The notes beneath the pieces are model-generated. The model worked only from the letters and a program-made list of their open reading frames with translations, made no database searches and was not told where the DNA came from. Positions 1 to 10,514 of a DNA stretch of 64,000 nucleotides are shown piece after piece; the stretch's first letter is position 1, and each line of letters opens with the position of its first letter. The translations under genes and the position numbers were made by a program. The stretch is from Pseudomonadota bacterium (GTDB taxonomy: Bacteria; Bdellovibrionota_C; UBA2361; OMII01): the NCBI GenBank assembly GCA_046300175.1, contig JBKCMS010000067.1:5417-69416 (forward strand), read 5' to 3'.

Positions 1-321
1 CTAACCCGTGCGAGCAATAAAGCTCGCTTGGGCGGTCTTCGAGAGAAAATTTGATTTTTCGTTGGCAACATCAATTGCCTCACGCAGCCCTAACGGCCGC
101 CTCGATTCGTCTGGGTGAGTAAGAGCTATATCGTCTTGACGGATCGAGCGCAGGAAAAAGCTGCTTAAATACTCTGATAATTGCGAATTTTTAGGGACGT
201 CACCAACTATAAGCGCGCACGTGGTCAAATTGCGAATTTGACTCTCGAGCTCCTTGAGATCAAAGCTTAACCTCGTGCCTGGTTTGGGTGGATGTCCAAG
301 TGGATTTTCGGTTAAGGCCAT
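1..321 (-). CDS. hypothetical small protein (106 aa)
   Basis: Complete ORF (ATG 319-321, TAG at 1-3) on the same strand, directly downstream of rplS. I can assign no confident motif. Confidence 0.35.
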   Translation of the reverse strand: MALTENPLGHPPKPGTRLSFDLKELESQIRNLTTCALIVGDVPKNSQLSEYLSSFFLRSIRQDDIALTHPDESRRPLGLREAIDVANEKSNFLSKTAQASFIARTG

Positions 322-539
322 ACTCTACCTTGCCTGAATATGCTGCGATTCCTGCAGCTAACTCAATCCAATAGGCTCTCTTTCTTGTCGCTATTAGGGC
401 CCAAAATTAAAATATGCCTCTGGTGGAGCTTCGCGAAAGAAAAGCTACTCGGAGAATACCAATTCCGGAAGCTGTTGTTAAGAAAAATTGTAAATAAACA
501 ATTGAGAGCGGCGAACAAAGATTGTTCGCCACTAGAGCC

Positions 540-1049
540 CTACGCTGCCTGATTAGGGGTATCTCCCTTAACCGTGCCGGAATCGTAAAGGGTCTTCATA
601 CGGGTTGATTTTCCACGGAGTGGGCGCAAGTAGAAGAGTCGGGCACGACGCACTTTGGCTCGCGAAACCAACTCAATCTTGTCGATGCGTGGGCTGTGGA
701 GAGGAAACGTCCTCTCTACGCCGATGTTGTACGAAATCTTACGGACAGTGAAGGATGCGTCAGCGTGATTACCCTTGCTGCGCTTTAACACGACACCTTC
801 AAAAACCTGAATACGCTCTTTGGCTCCTTCTACGATCTTTGCGTGTACGCGAATCGAGTCGCCGATGTTGAACTGCGGAAGGTCGGTGCGAACGGCTGGG
901 CCATGTAGTGCAGCCAATGCCTGAGAGAGGCTTGTGGGCTCTCGCTTGGTTGACGCCTTGGCAGCTACCGCCTCAGTAGCTTGCACTTCCTGAGTGGTGT
1001 TCTCGCCGTTGTTTGTGGAGTCGGTCGTGTTTTCGTCAGCGCCTGTCAT
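540..1049 (-). CDS. rplS: 50S ribosomal protein L19 with low-complexity N-terminal extension
   Basis: Core reads [35 protein letters not shown]...[29 protein letters not shown], which is typical L19. An AAGAGG Shine-Dalgarno lies about 8 nt before the ATG at 1049. Confidence 0.95.
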   Translation of the reverse strand: MTGADENTTDSTNNGENTTQEVQATEAVAAKASTKREPTSLSQALAALHGPAVRTDLPQFNIGDSIRVHAKIVEGAKERIQVFEGVVLKRSKGNHADASFTVRKISYNIGVERTFPLHSPRIDKIELVSRAKVRRARLFYLRPLRGKSTRMKTLYDSGTVKGDTPNQAA

Positions 1050-1150
1050 AATGTACCTCTTTTTTTATCGTCCGCGTCGGATTTATTGATAGCAGTTGTT
1101 TTAACGGTGTTAATTTTATTATTTCGTATATCTACCAGTCTCGTCTTTGC

Positions 1151-1254
1151 CAGTATCGCTGACCTCAGTAGCCTGCCCTCACTAGCGCTGACCACCAGTA
1201 GCGCTGACCACCAGTAGCGCTGACCCCAGTAGCGCTGACCTCAGTAGTGCTGAC
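1151..1254. repeat. tandem array, about 7 units of a ~15-bp repeat (CAGTAGCGCTGACCA-like)
   Basis: Read directly: cagtatcgctgacct / cagtagcctgccctcac / tagcgctgaccac / cagtagcgctgaccac / cagtagcgctgacccc / agtagcgctgacct / cagtagtgctgac. Confidence 0.85.
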
Positions 1255-1265
1255 TTTTGGTCGGC

Positions 1266-1335
1266 GCTTATCAGCGGTCTGAGCTTATCAACGGTCTGAG
1301 CTTATCAACGGCCTAGCATTATCAACGTGTGCTGA
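1266..1335. repeat. tandem array, 3-4 units of a 17-bp repeat (GCTTATCAACGGTCTGA)
   Basis: Read directly: gcttatcagcggtctga / gcttatcaacggtctga / gcttatcaacggcctag / cattatcaacgtgtgctga. Confidence 0.85.
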
Positions 1336-1609
1336 ACTAGTGCTTAGCGTCTAACTGTTGCCCCTCTCTTTAGCTGTATTCCGGACAGGGATATGTGTCT
1401 GGACAGGACTAGCCGTACCACGGCGGCCCTGAAAGAGAGAGCGAAGGCTATCATAGCTCCGCGGATTGTTCAATAAACGGCCAGCAGAGTACTCGGTAGG
1501 GTCTCGACGATTCCTAAATAACTGAGTATTCTATCTGAATAGGCAGAAATGGCGTCAGGCAGCCTGACGTAAGTTAAACGTTTAATTCTCCCTGTTTGTT
1601 TGTAACAAT

Positions 1610-1951
1610 TTGTTTTTATTGGATTTTCTAGTGGGTCAAGCCAGCCAAATTATCCGTCGAGCCAAAAGAAAAAAGAGTACGCGTCCGGCATGGAGTAAGG
1701 AACAGGACCAGCGCTACCGTGAGTTGCTGGTACAGTTAGAGGCGCGGGGTTTTATTGTTCGTCGTGAAGAGCTCAAGCGCGGGCACTGCTGGAAGGTGGT
1801 AAGTGGTTCATGTCGCTCATTTTCACATCACTATGTGTTCGTTGACAGCCGGCTGGCGCCACAGGACCAAATTAGCTTCCTTGAGAGCACGCTCGCCGAC
1901 ATCGAGGATTCTGCCCCAGAACCCGAGCAAAATGTTTCGCACGCCGCTTAG
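1610..1951 (+). CDS. hypothetical protein
   Basis: ORF only, with a TTG start; a GTG at about 1631 is an alternative. Basic N-terminus (RRAKRKKSTRP). No recognisable family. Confidence 0.35.
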   Translation: MFLLDFLVGQASQIIRRAKRKKSTRPAWSKEQDQRYRELLVQLEARGFIVRREELKRGHCWKVVSGSCRSFSHHYVFVDSRLAPQDQISFLESTLADIEDSAPEPEQNVSHAA

Positions 1952-2048
1952 TTAAGTGCGGTGGCAAAGGAAACTTTTGGGAACCGTTCTATCTATTTTC
2001 TGCGCGAGAGCTGCTAGACTTATCTGCACGCACGTTTACGGGGAATAA

Positions 2049-3086
<1,038 letters not shown>

Positions 3087-3106
3087 TAGGTGTATCCGGT
3101 AGGCAG

Positions 3107-3985
3107 ATGAGACAAGAGACGTCTTCAAAAACTCACGTTGCTCTAGCGTGCCTAGGATGTTTCTTGCTCTCTCTTTTTTTGACTGCCTACAGCGCCAAGA
3201 ACCCCGCCGTGGCGCAGATTGGCTCAACAATCTTAATCAAAGCTGTAGCTCCGGTGTTGGAGATGGTTGAAGTTGTGCGCGGCGGGTGTGTTGGTGCGTG
3301 GAATCGATACGTAAATCTCATTAACACTGCGAACGAAAATAGCGACCTGAAGCTCCGAATTAGCGAGCTAGAAAATCGCGTAGCGGTGGCGAGCGAAGCG
3401 CAGAGAGAGAATATAAGACTCCGCCAAATACTTAGTTTCTCGGCGGATAACCAGCTTCAAGGAGTGACGGCAGCAGTAATTGGCGGGGACCCAAGTGGTT
3501 GGACCAAAGGAGTTGTGATCAGTAAGGGCAGTAACCATGGAGTGAAGCCGGGTATGGCCGTACTGCACCCACGAGGAGTGGTAGGACAGGTAACATCAGT
3601 AGCGGCTTCGTCATCAAAGGTGCTGCTTGTGAGTGACCATGCAAGTGGCGTGGATGTGCTCATGCAAACAAGTCGCGCTCGTGGAGTTGTTGAAGGGGCT
3701 GGCGAGCAGGTTTGCGAGCTAAAGTTTGTTACCAAGGATGTGCAGGTTCGCATGGGAGAGGAGGTCATCACATCAGGAATGGATGGCGTATATCCCAAAG
3801 GTATCGTTGTCGGGCATGTGGCTCAGGTCGGCACTGCTGGCGTTGGTTTATTTCAGCCCATAGAGGTTAAGCCAGCGGTTGACTTCTCCCGACTTGAGGA
3901 GGTTTTGGTTGTACCGTCAGCAGCCTCAGATGTAGGAATGCCGGTCCTTAATTATCCACCACAAGGCTTGAAAGGAGGCGACTAA
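3107..3985 (+). CDS. mreC: rod shape-determining protein MreC
   Basis: Membrane anchor, coiled coil (ENSDLKLRISELENRV), C-terminal beta domains (GVVGQVTSV, GIVVGHV). Sits between mreB and mreD. Confidence 0.85.
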   Translation: MRQETSSKTHVALACLGCFLLSLFLTAYSAKNPAVAQIGSTILIKAVAPVLEMVEVVRGGCVGAWNRYVNLINTANENSDLKLRISELENRVAVASEAQRENIRLRQILSFSADNQLQGVTAAVIGGDPSGWTKGVVISKGSNHGVKPGMAVLHPRGVVGQVTSVAASSSKVLLVSDHASGVDVLMQTSRARGVVEGAGEQVCELKFVTKDVQVRMGEEVITSGMDGVYPKGIVVGHVAQVGTAGVGLFQPIEVKPAVDFSRLEEVLVVPSAASDVGMPVLNYPPQGLKGGD

Positions 3986-3986
3986 A

Positions 3987-4499
3987 ATGCGTTTACTTAT
4001 CTGTGCCGCTGTAGCTTTAATCTTGCTTGTCCTCCAAGGAGCGCTGCACCACATCGGTTTGCCGGCCTGGTTGGTGCCTCAAGGTATACTTGTTTGCGTT
4101 GTGTTCTTGGCTCTCTATGAATTTAGCCTGGTTGGCGTGGCCATGGCTTTCATGCTGGGCCTACTGGTTGATATGAGCTCAGGAGTATTGTTAGGACCGT
4201 GGGCTGGGTCGTACGTGGTTGTGTATTCCATATTCGTATTCCTATCGCAGAGACTTTTTGTGGAGTCAGCTTTCGTGGCTATGGCAGTGGTTGCCCTAGC
4301 CACGGTGATTTCAGGTGTAGTATTTCTGCTCTTGGCTTTCGAGTACCAGGCGGTAACTCGTGAAGACCTGATAATGCTTGCTGGCCAGGCCGTAGCTTCA
4401 GCATTAGTGGCTCCACTCGTATTTCGATTACTAAGCCGTGCATGGAGGCGTGCCGGCGTACTGACCGTGGGGCGAACGGGAGTGGTTTCAGCGGTGTAG
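3987..4499 (+). CDS. mreD: rod shape-determining protein MreD
   Basis: 170-aa polytopic hydrophobic protein starting 2 nt after mreC. Position is conserved. Confidence 0.75.
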   Translation: MRLLICAAVALILLVLQGALHHIGLPAWLVPQGILVCVVFLALYEFSLVGVAMAFMLGLLVDMSSGVLLGPWAGSYVVVYSIFVFLSQRLFVESAFVAMAVVALATVISGVVFLLLAFEYQAVTREDLIMLAGQAVASALVAPLVFRLLSRAWRRAGVLTVGRTGVVSAV

Positions 4500-4505
4500 A
4501 CGCGT

Positions 4506-6413
4506 ATGCCTAAAGCGGAACGATCCAGTGTTAATCTCACCCCGCGCATCCTGACTGCATCAGTGATCTGTGCTTTGTGCTTGAGCGTGCTTATCGGTAG
4601 GCTGTGGTATCTGCAGATCGTGCGCGGCAGTTTTTTCCGGGATCGTTCAGAGAATAATCGACTACGCACCATATTTATCCCTTCTCCACGCGGCGTTATA
4701 GCCGATAGAAGAGGCGAGGCTTTGGTGAGGAATCGACCATCTTTTAATATTGAACTGGTAGTTGAAGATGCTCCCAATGTCTCTCAAGTTGTCAGCGATG
4801 TAGCTGCGCTGGTGGGCGAAGAGTCTCAGGTTTTGCAAGAGCGCCTAGCCAGCCAAAACAAGCGGAGGCGTTTTGAGCCTAAGGTACTCTTGCGCGATGT
4901 ATCTCGTGACCTAGTCGCTAAGGTATCATCGCAGCGGCACCGCTTGCCGGGAGTGATAGTTAGTGTAGCACCGGTCCGAGAGTATCCTTACGGTGGTTCT
5001 GCAGCGCACACCGTAGGGTACTTGCGTGAAATATCGGCAGATCAACTCAAGTCTCCATCTTATCAGGGCTATCGTGCCGGCGACATGGTGGGTCAGAGTG
5101 GCGTTGAATCTGCGCTGGAGCATTACTTACGCGGGGAACGCGGAGCACAGGCCGTAATCGTAAATGCTCGGGGCACCAAGATCGGGGAAGCCTTTTTCCA
5201 ACCAGAGATACCGGGCAGTGATGTGCACCTAACGCTCGATCGTCAGCTTCAGCAGGTCGCAGAGAGGGCGTTAGAAGGGCGTCGAGGTGCGGTGGTAGCG
5301 CTGCATGCGCAGACCGGTGAGTTGCTGGCTATGGCGTCTGGTCCTGCGTTTGAGCCAGCGTTGTTTGCTGGTGAGATAGCCAAAGATGTATGGGCTGATC
5401 TCACTGATCCTCGCTCAAGTAAACTTTCAAATCGAGCGCTGCAAGGAGCCTTTCCTCCAGGGTCGGTGTTTAAGATGTTTGTGGCTGCAGGAGCCCTTAG
5501 TGAGGGTGTAACAGATATTGCTGAGCAAACATTCTGCCCTGGATTCCTGAAGTTTGGTAAGCGACAGTTTCGATGTCATAAGCACTCAGGCCACGGACAT
5601 ACGGCTTTGTACGATGCCTTAGTTCAGTCTTGTGATGTTTATTTTTATACCGTTGGCCAGCGGCTGGGAGTGGATCGAATTCATGAGTACGCTCACGATC
5701 TTTTTGGATTTGGTGAACCGATCGATCTTGAGGGATTAGACGAGCACAGTGGTCTAGTTCCATCGACGAAATGGAAAGAGACGTACTTTCGTAACCCAAG
5801 TGATAAACGTTGGTACCCAGGAGAGACGTTGCCGGTTGCGATTGGCCAGGGAGCGGTGCTAGCGACCCCCTTACAGGTAGCTCGAGCGATGGCAGCTCTA
5901 GTTAATGGTGGCCGACTTTTAAAGCCACGAATCGTCTCAAAAATAGTCGCCAGTGATGGTCGGATACTAGAGCAGCGTTCCGAAGGTCCTCAGACCATGC
6001 GGGTGGTTGATATCGATCCCGCTATCCTCGCTGAGATTAAGCGCGGAATGGTCGGAGTGGTTGAAGATAAACGCGGAACAGGTAAACGTGCAGCGCTACC
6101 GAAAGAGAGCGGCATCAGAGTAGGTGGTAAGACCGGCACCGCTCAGGTGGCATCACGAGAGTCGGGGCTTGAGTTCGAGGATCACGCGTGGTTCGCGGGG
6201 TTTGCACCGATTGATAATCCACAGATAGTTGTAGTAGCGCTAATTGAAAACGGGGGACACGGCGGTGAGGTGGCAGCGCCGGTAACACGAGCTGTAATGA
6301 TGCAGTACTTCGGCATTCAAGAGTCAAAAAGCGCGAATATTACTTCACGTTCTCCAGACTCATCGGCTTCCCAGTCCCCAGCGCGCCCCAGAGCGGAGGC
6401 ACAAAGGCTATGA
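4506..6413 (+). CDS. mrdA: penicillin-binding protein 2 (elongasome transpeptidase)
   Basis: N-terminal TM followed by LQIVRGSFF, SxxK (GSVFK) and KTG (GGKTGTAQV). Overlaps rodA by 4 nt. Confidence 0.9.
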   Translation: MPKAERSSVNLTPRILTASVICALCLSVLIGRLWYLQIVRGSFFRDRSENNRLRTIFIPSPRGVIADRRGEALVRNRPSFNIELVVEDAPNVSQVVSDVAALVGEESQVLQERLASQNKRRRFEPKVLLRDVSRDLVAKVSSQRHRLPGVIVSVAPVREYPYGGSAAHTVGYLREISADQLKSPSYQGYRAGDMVGQSGVESALEHYLRGERGAQAVIVNARGTKIGEAFFQPEIPGSDVHLTLDRQLQQVAERALEGRRGAVVALHAQTGELLAMASGPAFEPALFAGEIAKDVWADLTDPRSSKLSNRALQGAFPPGSVFKMFVAAGALSEGVTDIAEQTFCPGFLKFGKRQFRCHKHSGHGHTALYDALVQSCDVYFYTVGQRLGVDRIHEYAHDLFGFGEPIDLEGLDEHSGLVPSTKWKETYFRNPSDKRWYPGETLPVAIGQGAVLATPLQVARAMAALVNGGRLLKPRIVSKIVASDGRILEQRSEGPQTMRVVDIDPAILAEIKRGMVGVVEDKRGTGKRAALPKESGIRVGGKTGTAQVASRESGLEFEDHAWFAGFAPIDNPQIVVVALIENGGHGGEVAAPVTRAVMMQYFGIQESKSANITSRSPDSSASQSPARPRAEAQRL

Positions 6414-7552
6414 TGAAGGTAGATCGTCGGCTGGCTGTGCATTTTGATTGGGCGCTATTCTTTTTTACGCTGCTGATCCCCTGCATCGGTTTATTAGTTC
6501 TCTACAGTGCAGGATATTCACCCGAATCACCTGTTAGTGTTCTAGGGTGGCTGAACATGGAGTTTCACAGTATGGCCTGTGCCAAACAGGCGCTCTACCT
6601 CTTGTGCGGTTTGGTAGTTATGGGAATCGGCATGGCGATCCCTACCTCCTGGTATCAGCGTTACTGTTTTGTTTTTTACGGAGTAGCTCTTACATTGTTG
6701 CTCATGGTCGCCGGCTTCGGTGTAGTAGTTAATGGATCGCGACGGTGGCTTGATGTTGGGCTCTTCAAGTTGCAACCTGCCGAGTTTATGAAGCTGGGGT
6801 TGCTGATTACAATGGCGCGAGTGCTATCAAAAGCGCCCCCAAGAAACGGCTCGCAGTATGGAATTACTGAGTTGATCGTCCCCGCGCTGTGGATAGTAGT
6901 TCCGATGGGATTAATCATGCAGCAGCCGGACCTTGGAACAGCGCTTTCATTAGGAATCGTAGGAGCAGGACAGATACTGTTCATTGGGGTACGACCGCGA
7001 GTTCTTCTCGCAGTAGTACTTGCAGCTTGTGTTTTAGCATACCCAGCATGGAACTCGCTGCATCAGTACCAGCAGCGGCGAATAATGGTGTTGCTTAACC
7101 CTGAATCCGATCCCCAAGGAAGCGGTTATCACATCACACAATCAAAAATCGCTGTGGGCTCGGGGGAGCTGTTTGGCAAAGGTTTTCAGCGAGGCACACA
7201 AACTCAGCTTGAGTTTTTGCCAGAACACACAACAGACTTTGTTTTCTCGGTGCTAGCTGAAGAGTGGGGGTTCGTTGGTTGCACGCTTGTTATCGGGCTG
7301 TTTTTTTGCTTAATCGCCTTAATGTTGCGAGTGGCCTATCGTAGTCGCGATTTATTTGCCTGCTTGCTTGTTATTGGCATTACCACTCAGATATTTGCGC
7401 ATCTGGTGATAAATATCGGCATGGTGGTGGGATTAATGCCGGTAGTCGGAATACCCCTTCCGCTGGTAAGCTATGGCGGGTCCTCACTTTTGTCTCTGCT
7501 CTTTGGGCTCGGTATCGTGCAGGGAGTAAGTATGCGTAGGAATATCTTTTAA
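6410..7552 (+). CDS. rodA: SEDS-family peptidoglycan polymerase RodA
   Basis: QPAEFMKL, QPDLGTAL, LPEHTTDFVFSVLAEEWGF, GIPLPLVSYGGSS. Confidence 0.93.
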   Translation: MMKVDRRLAVHFDWALFFFTLLIPCIGLLVLYSAGYSPESPVSVLGWLNMEFHSMACAKQALYLLCGLVVMGIGMAIPTSWYQRYCFVFYGVALTLLLMVAGFGVVVNGSRRWLDVGLFKLQPAEFMKLGLLITMARVLSKAPPRNGSQYGITELIVPALWIVVPMGLIMQQPDLGTALSLGIVGAGQILFIGVRPRVLLAVVLAACVLAYPAWNSLHQYQQRRIMVLLNPESDPQGSGYHITQSKIAVGSGELFGKGFQRGTQTQLEFLPEHTTDFVFSVLAEEWGFVGCTLVIGLFFCLIALMLRVAYRSRDLFACLLVIGITTQIFAHLVINIGMVVGLMPVVGIPLPLVSYGGSSLLSLLFGLGIVQGVSMRRNIF

Positions 7553-7555
7553 CTG

Positions 7556-8902
7556 GTGACAATGATGCGCTTTATGCTTAGTTTGGCGAAGAGGATTGCA
7601 TTGAGACTAGAACCGGTCTCAAAAATATCTTCTGCTCCGGTTGACGAGATGCGGGCTGCGACTTCGTCAAACTTCGCGAAAAAATCCTCAGTGTATCTCA
7701 GAGGATACACCTGCGGTTTTTTCCCTTGTTTTCCTCGTCTCGCCTCACATCTCGTCAACCTCGCGACGAAGCTATTTTTAAGACCGGTTCTAGTTGCTCT
7801 AGCGCTAACGGGTATACCCGCATCGTCCTATGGTCAGGACTCAGCGGAGCTCCAAGCGCCTTGGGAAGATATCGGTTCAGGTATCTCCATTTCCGAATCT
7901 AGAGTTGCTTTTCCGCCTCTGTCGCGAGCGGCGATCGACGCTCTCTTTGATAGTCTACGTTCTGGAGGGTCATTTGCGATTCCTGGAATCAAACAGTCGC
8001 AACAGGTGCCGAATAATATCGCTGGAATATGGGCAGGAGTTCGATCAGGCGTTGAGAGTACTGTAGGAGTTATTACTCTGAGATTTAGGCCGAGCGATGA
8101 GGCTCGTCTCTCACAGGTGGATTCTTCAAGGTCAACACCGATGTACGCCGAGAGCTTTGATGTGGAGCTGGAGCTTAAAGACGCAGAGTTTCTGATTAGA
8201 CACCAACTTGCGGCTAATAAACTTGCACGTCTAGGTTTGAGGGTGGATCTTGGTCTGCTTAAAGCAAATCGAGTGCTCACTGAGTTCGTTAAGGGATATC
8301 GTGATGCAGGTATGTACTTTGCTTGGCCGCCGTTGGTTCGACAGACGGCGCATAACGCATGGGCATTGCTGATCTGTCCGCGCACTCCGCAATTTGTTCA
8401 ACGTCGGCGCAACGAGGATGCTCGACTGGAGCTTCAAAGATCGCCCTACCAGCTGCATGAGGTTCATTTTTCAATCTCTGCATCGGCCCAGGCTCGTATA
8501 CCACCGACTGATAAACCGGAGCGGGTCGCGGTGCGCCTTCTTCCTTCCGGAAATCTCCCTGCGGCTGAGCAAAACAACGACGAAGTGCTCTCATTATCGC
8601 CCCAAGTGGAGGTCCCGTACAGGGCAGCAAAGCCGTTTGGTTTCATGAAACTTCCTCTGGTTGAGGGCAGCCTTCAGGAAGGGATTTTGGTAAGAACAGT
8701 GACCGAGAACCCGGCAGGATACGTACGCCGACAGTACTTTAGCCACGTTGTGTACGTGCATCGGCTAAATGAACCTTCGCCGGTTCCGGTCATAATTGGG
8801 GAACATCGGGCTGCACGTGATGAGGGGGACTGCTATATAGTGGCCGTGCAGCGCTCAACTTGGAATGAATACGACAGGTCGATTCAGACTGCTGCGCCCT
8901 AA
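7556..8902 (+). CDS. hypothetical secreted protein (start uncertain)
   Basis: Long ORF with signal-peptide-like LRPVLVALALTGIPASSYGQD. The first ~80 codons overlap the hairpin element, so a GTG at 7691 or another internal start is more plausible than 7556. Confidence 0.5.
   Translation: MTMMRFMLSLAKRIALRLEPVSKISSAPVDEMRAATSSNFAKKSSVYLRGYTCGFFPCFPRLASHLVNLATKLFLRPVLVALALTGIPASSYGQDSAELQAPWEDIGSGISISESRVAFPPLSRAAIDALFDSLRSGGSFAIPGIKQSQQVPNNIAGIWAGVRSGVESTVGVITLRFRPSDEARLSQVDSSRSTPMYAESFDVELELKDAEFLIRHQLAANKLARLGLRVDLGLLKANRVLTEFVKGYRDAGMYFAWPPLVRQTAHNAWALLICPRTPQFVQRRRNEDARLELQRSPYQLHEVHFSISASAQARIPPTDKPERVAVRLLPSGNLPAAEQNNDEVLSLSPQVEVPYRAAKPFGFMKLPLVEGSLQEGILVRTVTENPAGYVRRQYFSHVVYVHRLNEPSPVPVIIGEHRAARDEGDCYIVAVQRSTWNEYDRSIQTAAP
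7603..7798. repeat. ~195-bp element with ~50-bp terminal inverted repeats (long hairpin, MITE-like)
   Basis: Left arm 7603-7653 is gagactagaaccggtctcaaaaatatcttctgctccggttgacgagatgcg. The reverse complement of 7747-7798 is gagcaactagaaccggtcttaaaaatagcttcgtcgcgaggttgacgagatgtg. Confidence 0.8.
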
Positions 8903-8994
8903 GAATTGCCCAAGTGCCTGCGCCAACAACGCTTCCCTAGCTGGCCGATTTAAGGTACTCTTCGCCCTCATTAGCGAACTGTCGAGGAGGTCCC

Positions 8995-10509
8995 GTGGCG
9001 ATAATCATTGATGACGTGTCTCATACCTTTCACGAGTTCCTGCTCCTGCCGGGGCTCACAACTAAAGATCATGTTCCAGCGAACGTTACTCTCAAGACCC
9101 CTATCCAGAGGTATAAGCCTGTCGAGGGTATGCGAGGGGCGTTAAATTCGCCATTTGTCTCCGCAGCGATGCAAGCGGTTTCCGGTCCAGAGTTGGCGAT
9201 CGCACTAGCTCGCAAGGGTGGGTGTGCATTTATATTCTGCTCACAGTCGATCGAGTCTCAAGCTCAGATGGTTCGGGAGGTCAAAGAGCATAAAGCGGGC
9301 TTTGTTGAATCCGATTCGAACTTGCCGCCTACAGCAACACTATCAGATGCTCTCGCGCTGCGTCGCAAGACGGGCCACTCAACGATTGCCATAACCGAGA
9401 ATGGAGGTAGGCATTCAAAGTTGCTCGGGTTGCTCACGAGCAAGGATTTCTGGGAGTACAAAGATGACCTCACAAAGTGCGTTGAAGGATTCTATACGCC
9501 TCTGGAACGATTGGTGCTCGCTCAAGAAGGGGTGAGCTTGCAGGAAGCGACTAATCTCCTTTGGAAGCATAAGAAGGAGTGCCTGCCGATAGTCGACAAA
9601 CAAGGAAATCTGCGTTCTTTGGTGTTTCGCAAGGACTATTACGATCACCACTCGTACCCAGACGAGTTGACAGACACTCGTAAGCGGCTGTTCGTCGGAG
9701 CTGCTCTAAACACCTTCGATTATGCAGAAAGGGCAGCTGCTCTGGTTGAGGCGGGAGTTGATTGCCTGTGTCTCGATTCCTCTGATGGATACACTGAGTG
9801 GCAGGCTGAAGCGGCTCGCAAGCTTAGGGCAACCTATGGTGATCGCATTATTCTGGGAGGGGGTAACGTAGTATCGGCTGATGCATTTCGTTATTTAGTA
9901 GAGAAGGCAGAGGTGGATTTCGTCAAAGTAGGTATAGGTGGCGGATCAATCTGTATTACTCGAGAACAAAAAGGAATAGGGCGTGGTCAGGCTAGCGCCG
10001 TGATGGATATAGCGCGAGAGCGTGATAAGTACCTGGCAGAGACCGGAACATACATTCCTATCTGTTCCGATGGCGGACTGAACTCTGATACGCAGATGAT
10101 TGTGGCGCTAGCTATGGGAGCTGATTTCGTCATGATGGGTAAGTATTTCGCCATGACAGAAGAGAGCCCGACGGCAAAAATTAGCTACCGCGGAAGATTA
10201 TACAAGCCTTATTGGGGCGAGGGGTCCAACCGTGCACGCAATTGGCAGCGCTACAAACAGAGCGAAACAGCGGGGCTTATATTTGAGGAGGGGGTAGATG
10301 CTTATGTACCTTACAGCGGGCCTCTCTCTGACAAGGTAGACGTCTCTCTTGTGAAGCTGAGATCGACGATGTGTAACGTGGGAGTTCTCTCTGTCCCTGA
10401 GTTTCATAAAAAAGCTAGGCTCACCAGGGTGTCAGAGATGACCGTTGTTGAGGGAGGAACCTCAACTGTAGAGATGCTTGATCGGATGCAGCCTAACGCC
10501 GAATCCTAA
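8995..10509 (+). CDS. guaB: IMP dehydrogenase (long type with SAAMQAVSG / [11 protein letters not shown] motifs)
   Basis: Catalytic-Cys loop [24 protein letters not shown], an inserted CBS pair and [14 protein letters not shown] start. Confidence 0.75.
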   Translation: MAIIIDDVSHTFHEFLLLPGLTTKDHVPANVTLKTPIQRYKPVEGMRGALNSPFVSAAMQAVSGPELAIALARKGGCAFIFCSQSIESQAQMVREVKEHKAGFVESDSNLPPTATLSDALALRRKTGHSTIAITENGGRHSKLLGLLTSKDFWEYKDDLTKCVEGFYTPLERLVLAQEGVSLQEATNLLWKHKKECLPIVDKQGNLRSLVFRKDYYDHHSYPDELTDTRKRLFVGAALNTFDYAERAAALVEAGVDCLCLDSSDGYTEWQAEAARKLRATYGDRIILGGGNVVSADAFRYLVEKAEVDFVKVGIGGGSICITREQKGIGRGQASAVMDIARERDKYLAETGTYIPICSDGGLNSDTQMIVALAMGADFVMMGKYFAMTEESPTAKISYRGRLYKPYWGEGSNRARNWQRYKQSETAGLIFEEGVDAYVPYSGPLSDKVDVSLVKLRSTMCNVGVLSVPEFHKKARLTRVSEMTVVEGGTSTVEMLDRMQPNAES

Positions 10510-10514
10510 TCAAT

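Noticed and set aside
1-321. Clamp-loader delta-prime (HolB)-like resemblance (CALIVGDVPKNSQ...THPDESRRPLGLREAIDV) in the ORF after rplS
   Set aside because: The ORF is complete at 106 aa, with its stop at 1-3. That is far too short for a delta-prime subunit, and the resemblance is limited to a few residues. I left it as hypothetical.
981-1217. 78-aa ORF overlapping the rplS start and the 15-bp tandem array
   Set aside because: Its reading frame is generated by the tandem repeats, giving a low-complexity Leu/Ser/Thr product, and it overlaps rplS antisense.
1151-1335. Possible CRISPR array
   Set aside because: The repeats are directly abutting 15- and 17-bp units with no unique spacers between them, and no cas genes are nearby. 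It is a plain tandem repeat.
1266-1335. Replication origin (cluster of DnaA-box-like TTATCAACG)
   Set aside because: Each box has two mismatches to the consensus. There is no dnaA or dnaN, no AT-rich unwinding element that I can identify, and the boxes are simply part of a 17-bp tandem unit. I keep it only as a low-probability idea inside the tandem-repeat finding.
4115-4777. Long antisense or overlapping ORFs inside clear genes: 4115-4777(-), 7834-8385(-), 17090-17551(+), 17648-18073(+), 40110-40727(+), 59597-60139(-), 13769-14185(+), 14741-15193(+)
   Set aside because: They are shadow ORFs opposite well-supported genes (mreD/mrdA, the UvrA-like gene, mfd, the S8 linker, the metalloprotease). 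Their composition is low-complexity, and they have no motifs or ribosome-binding sites.
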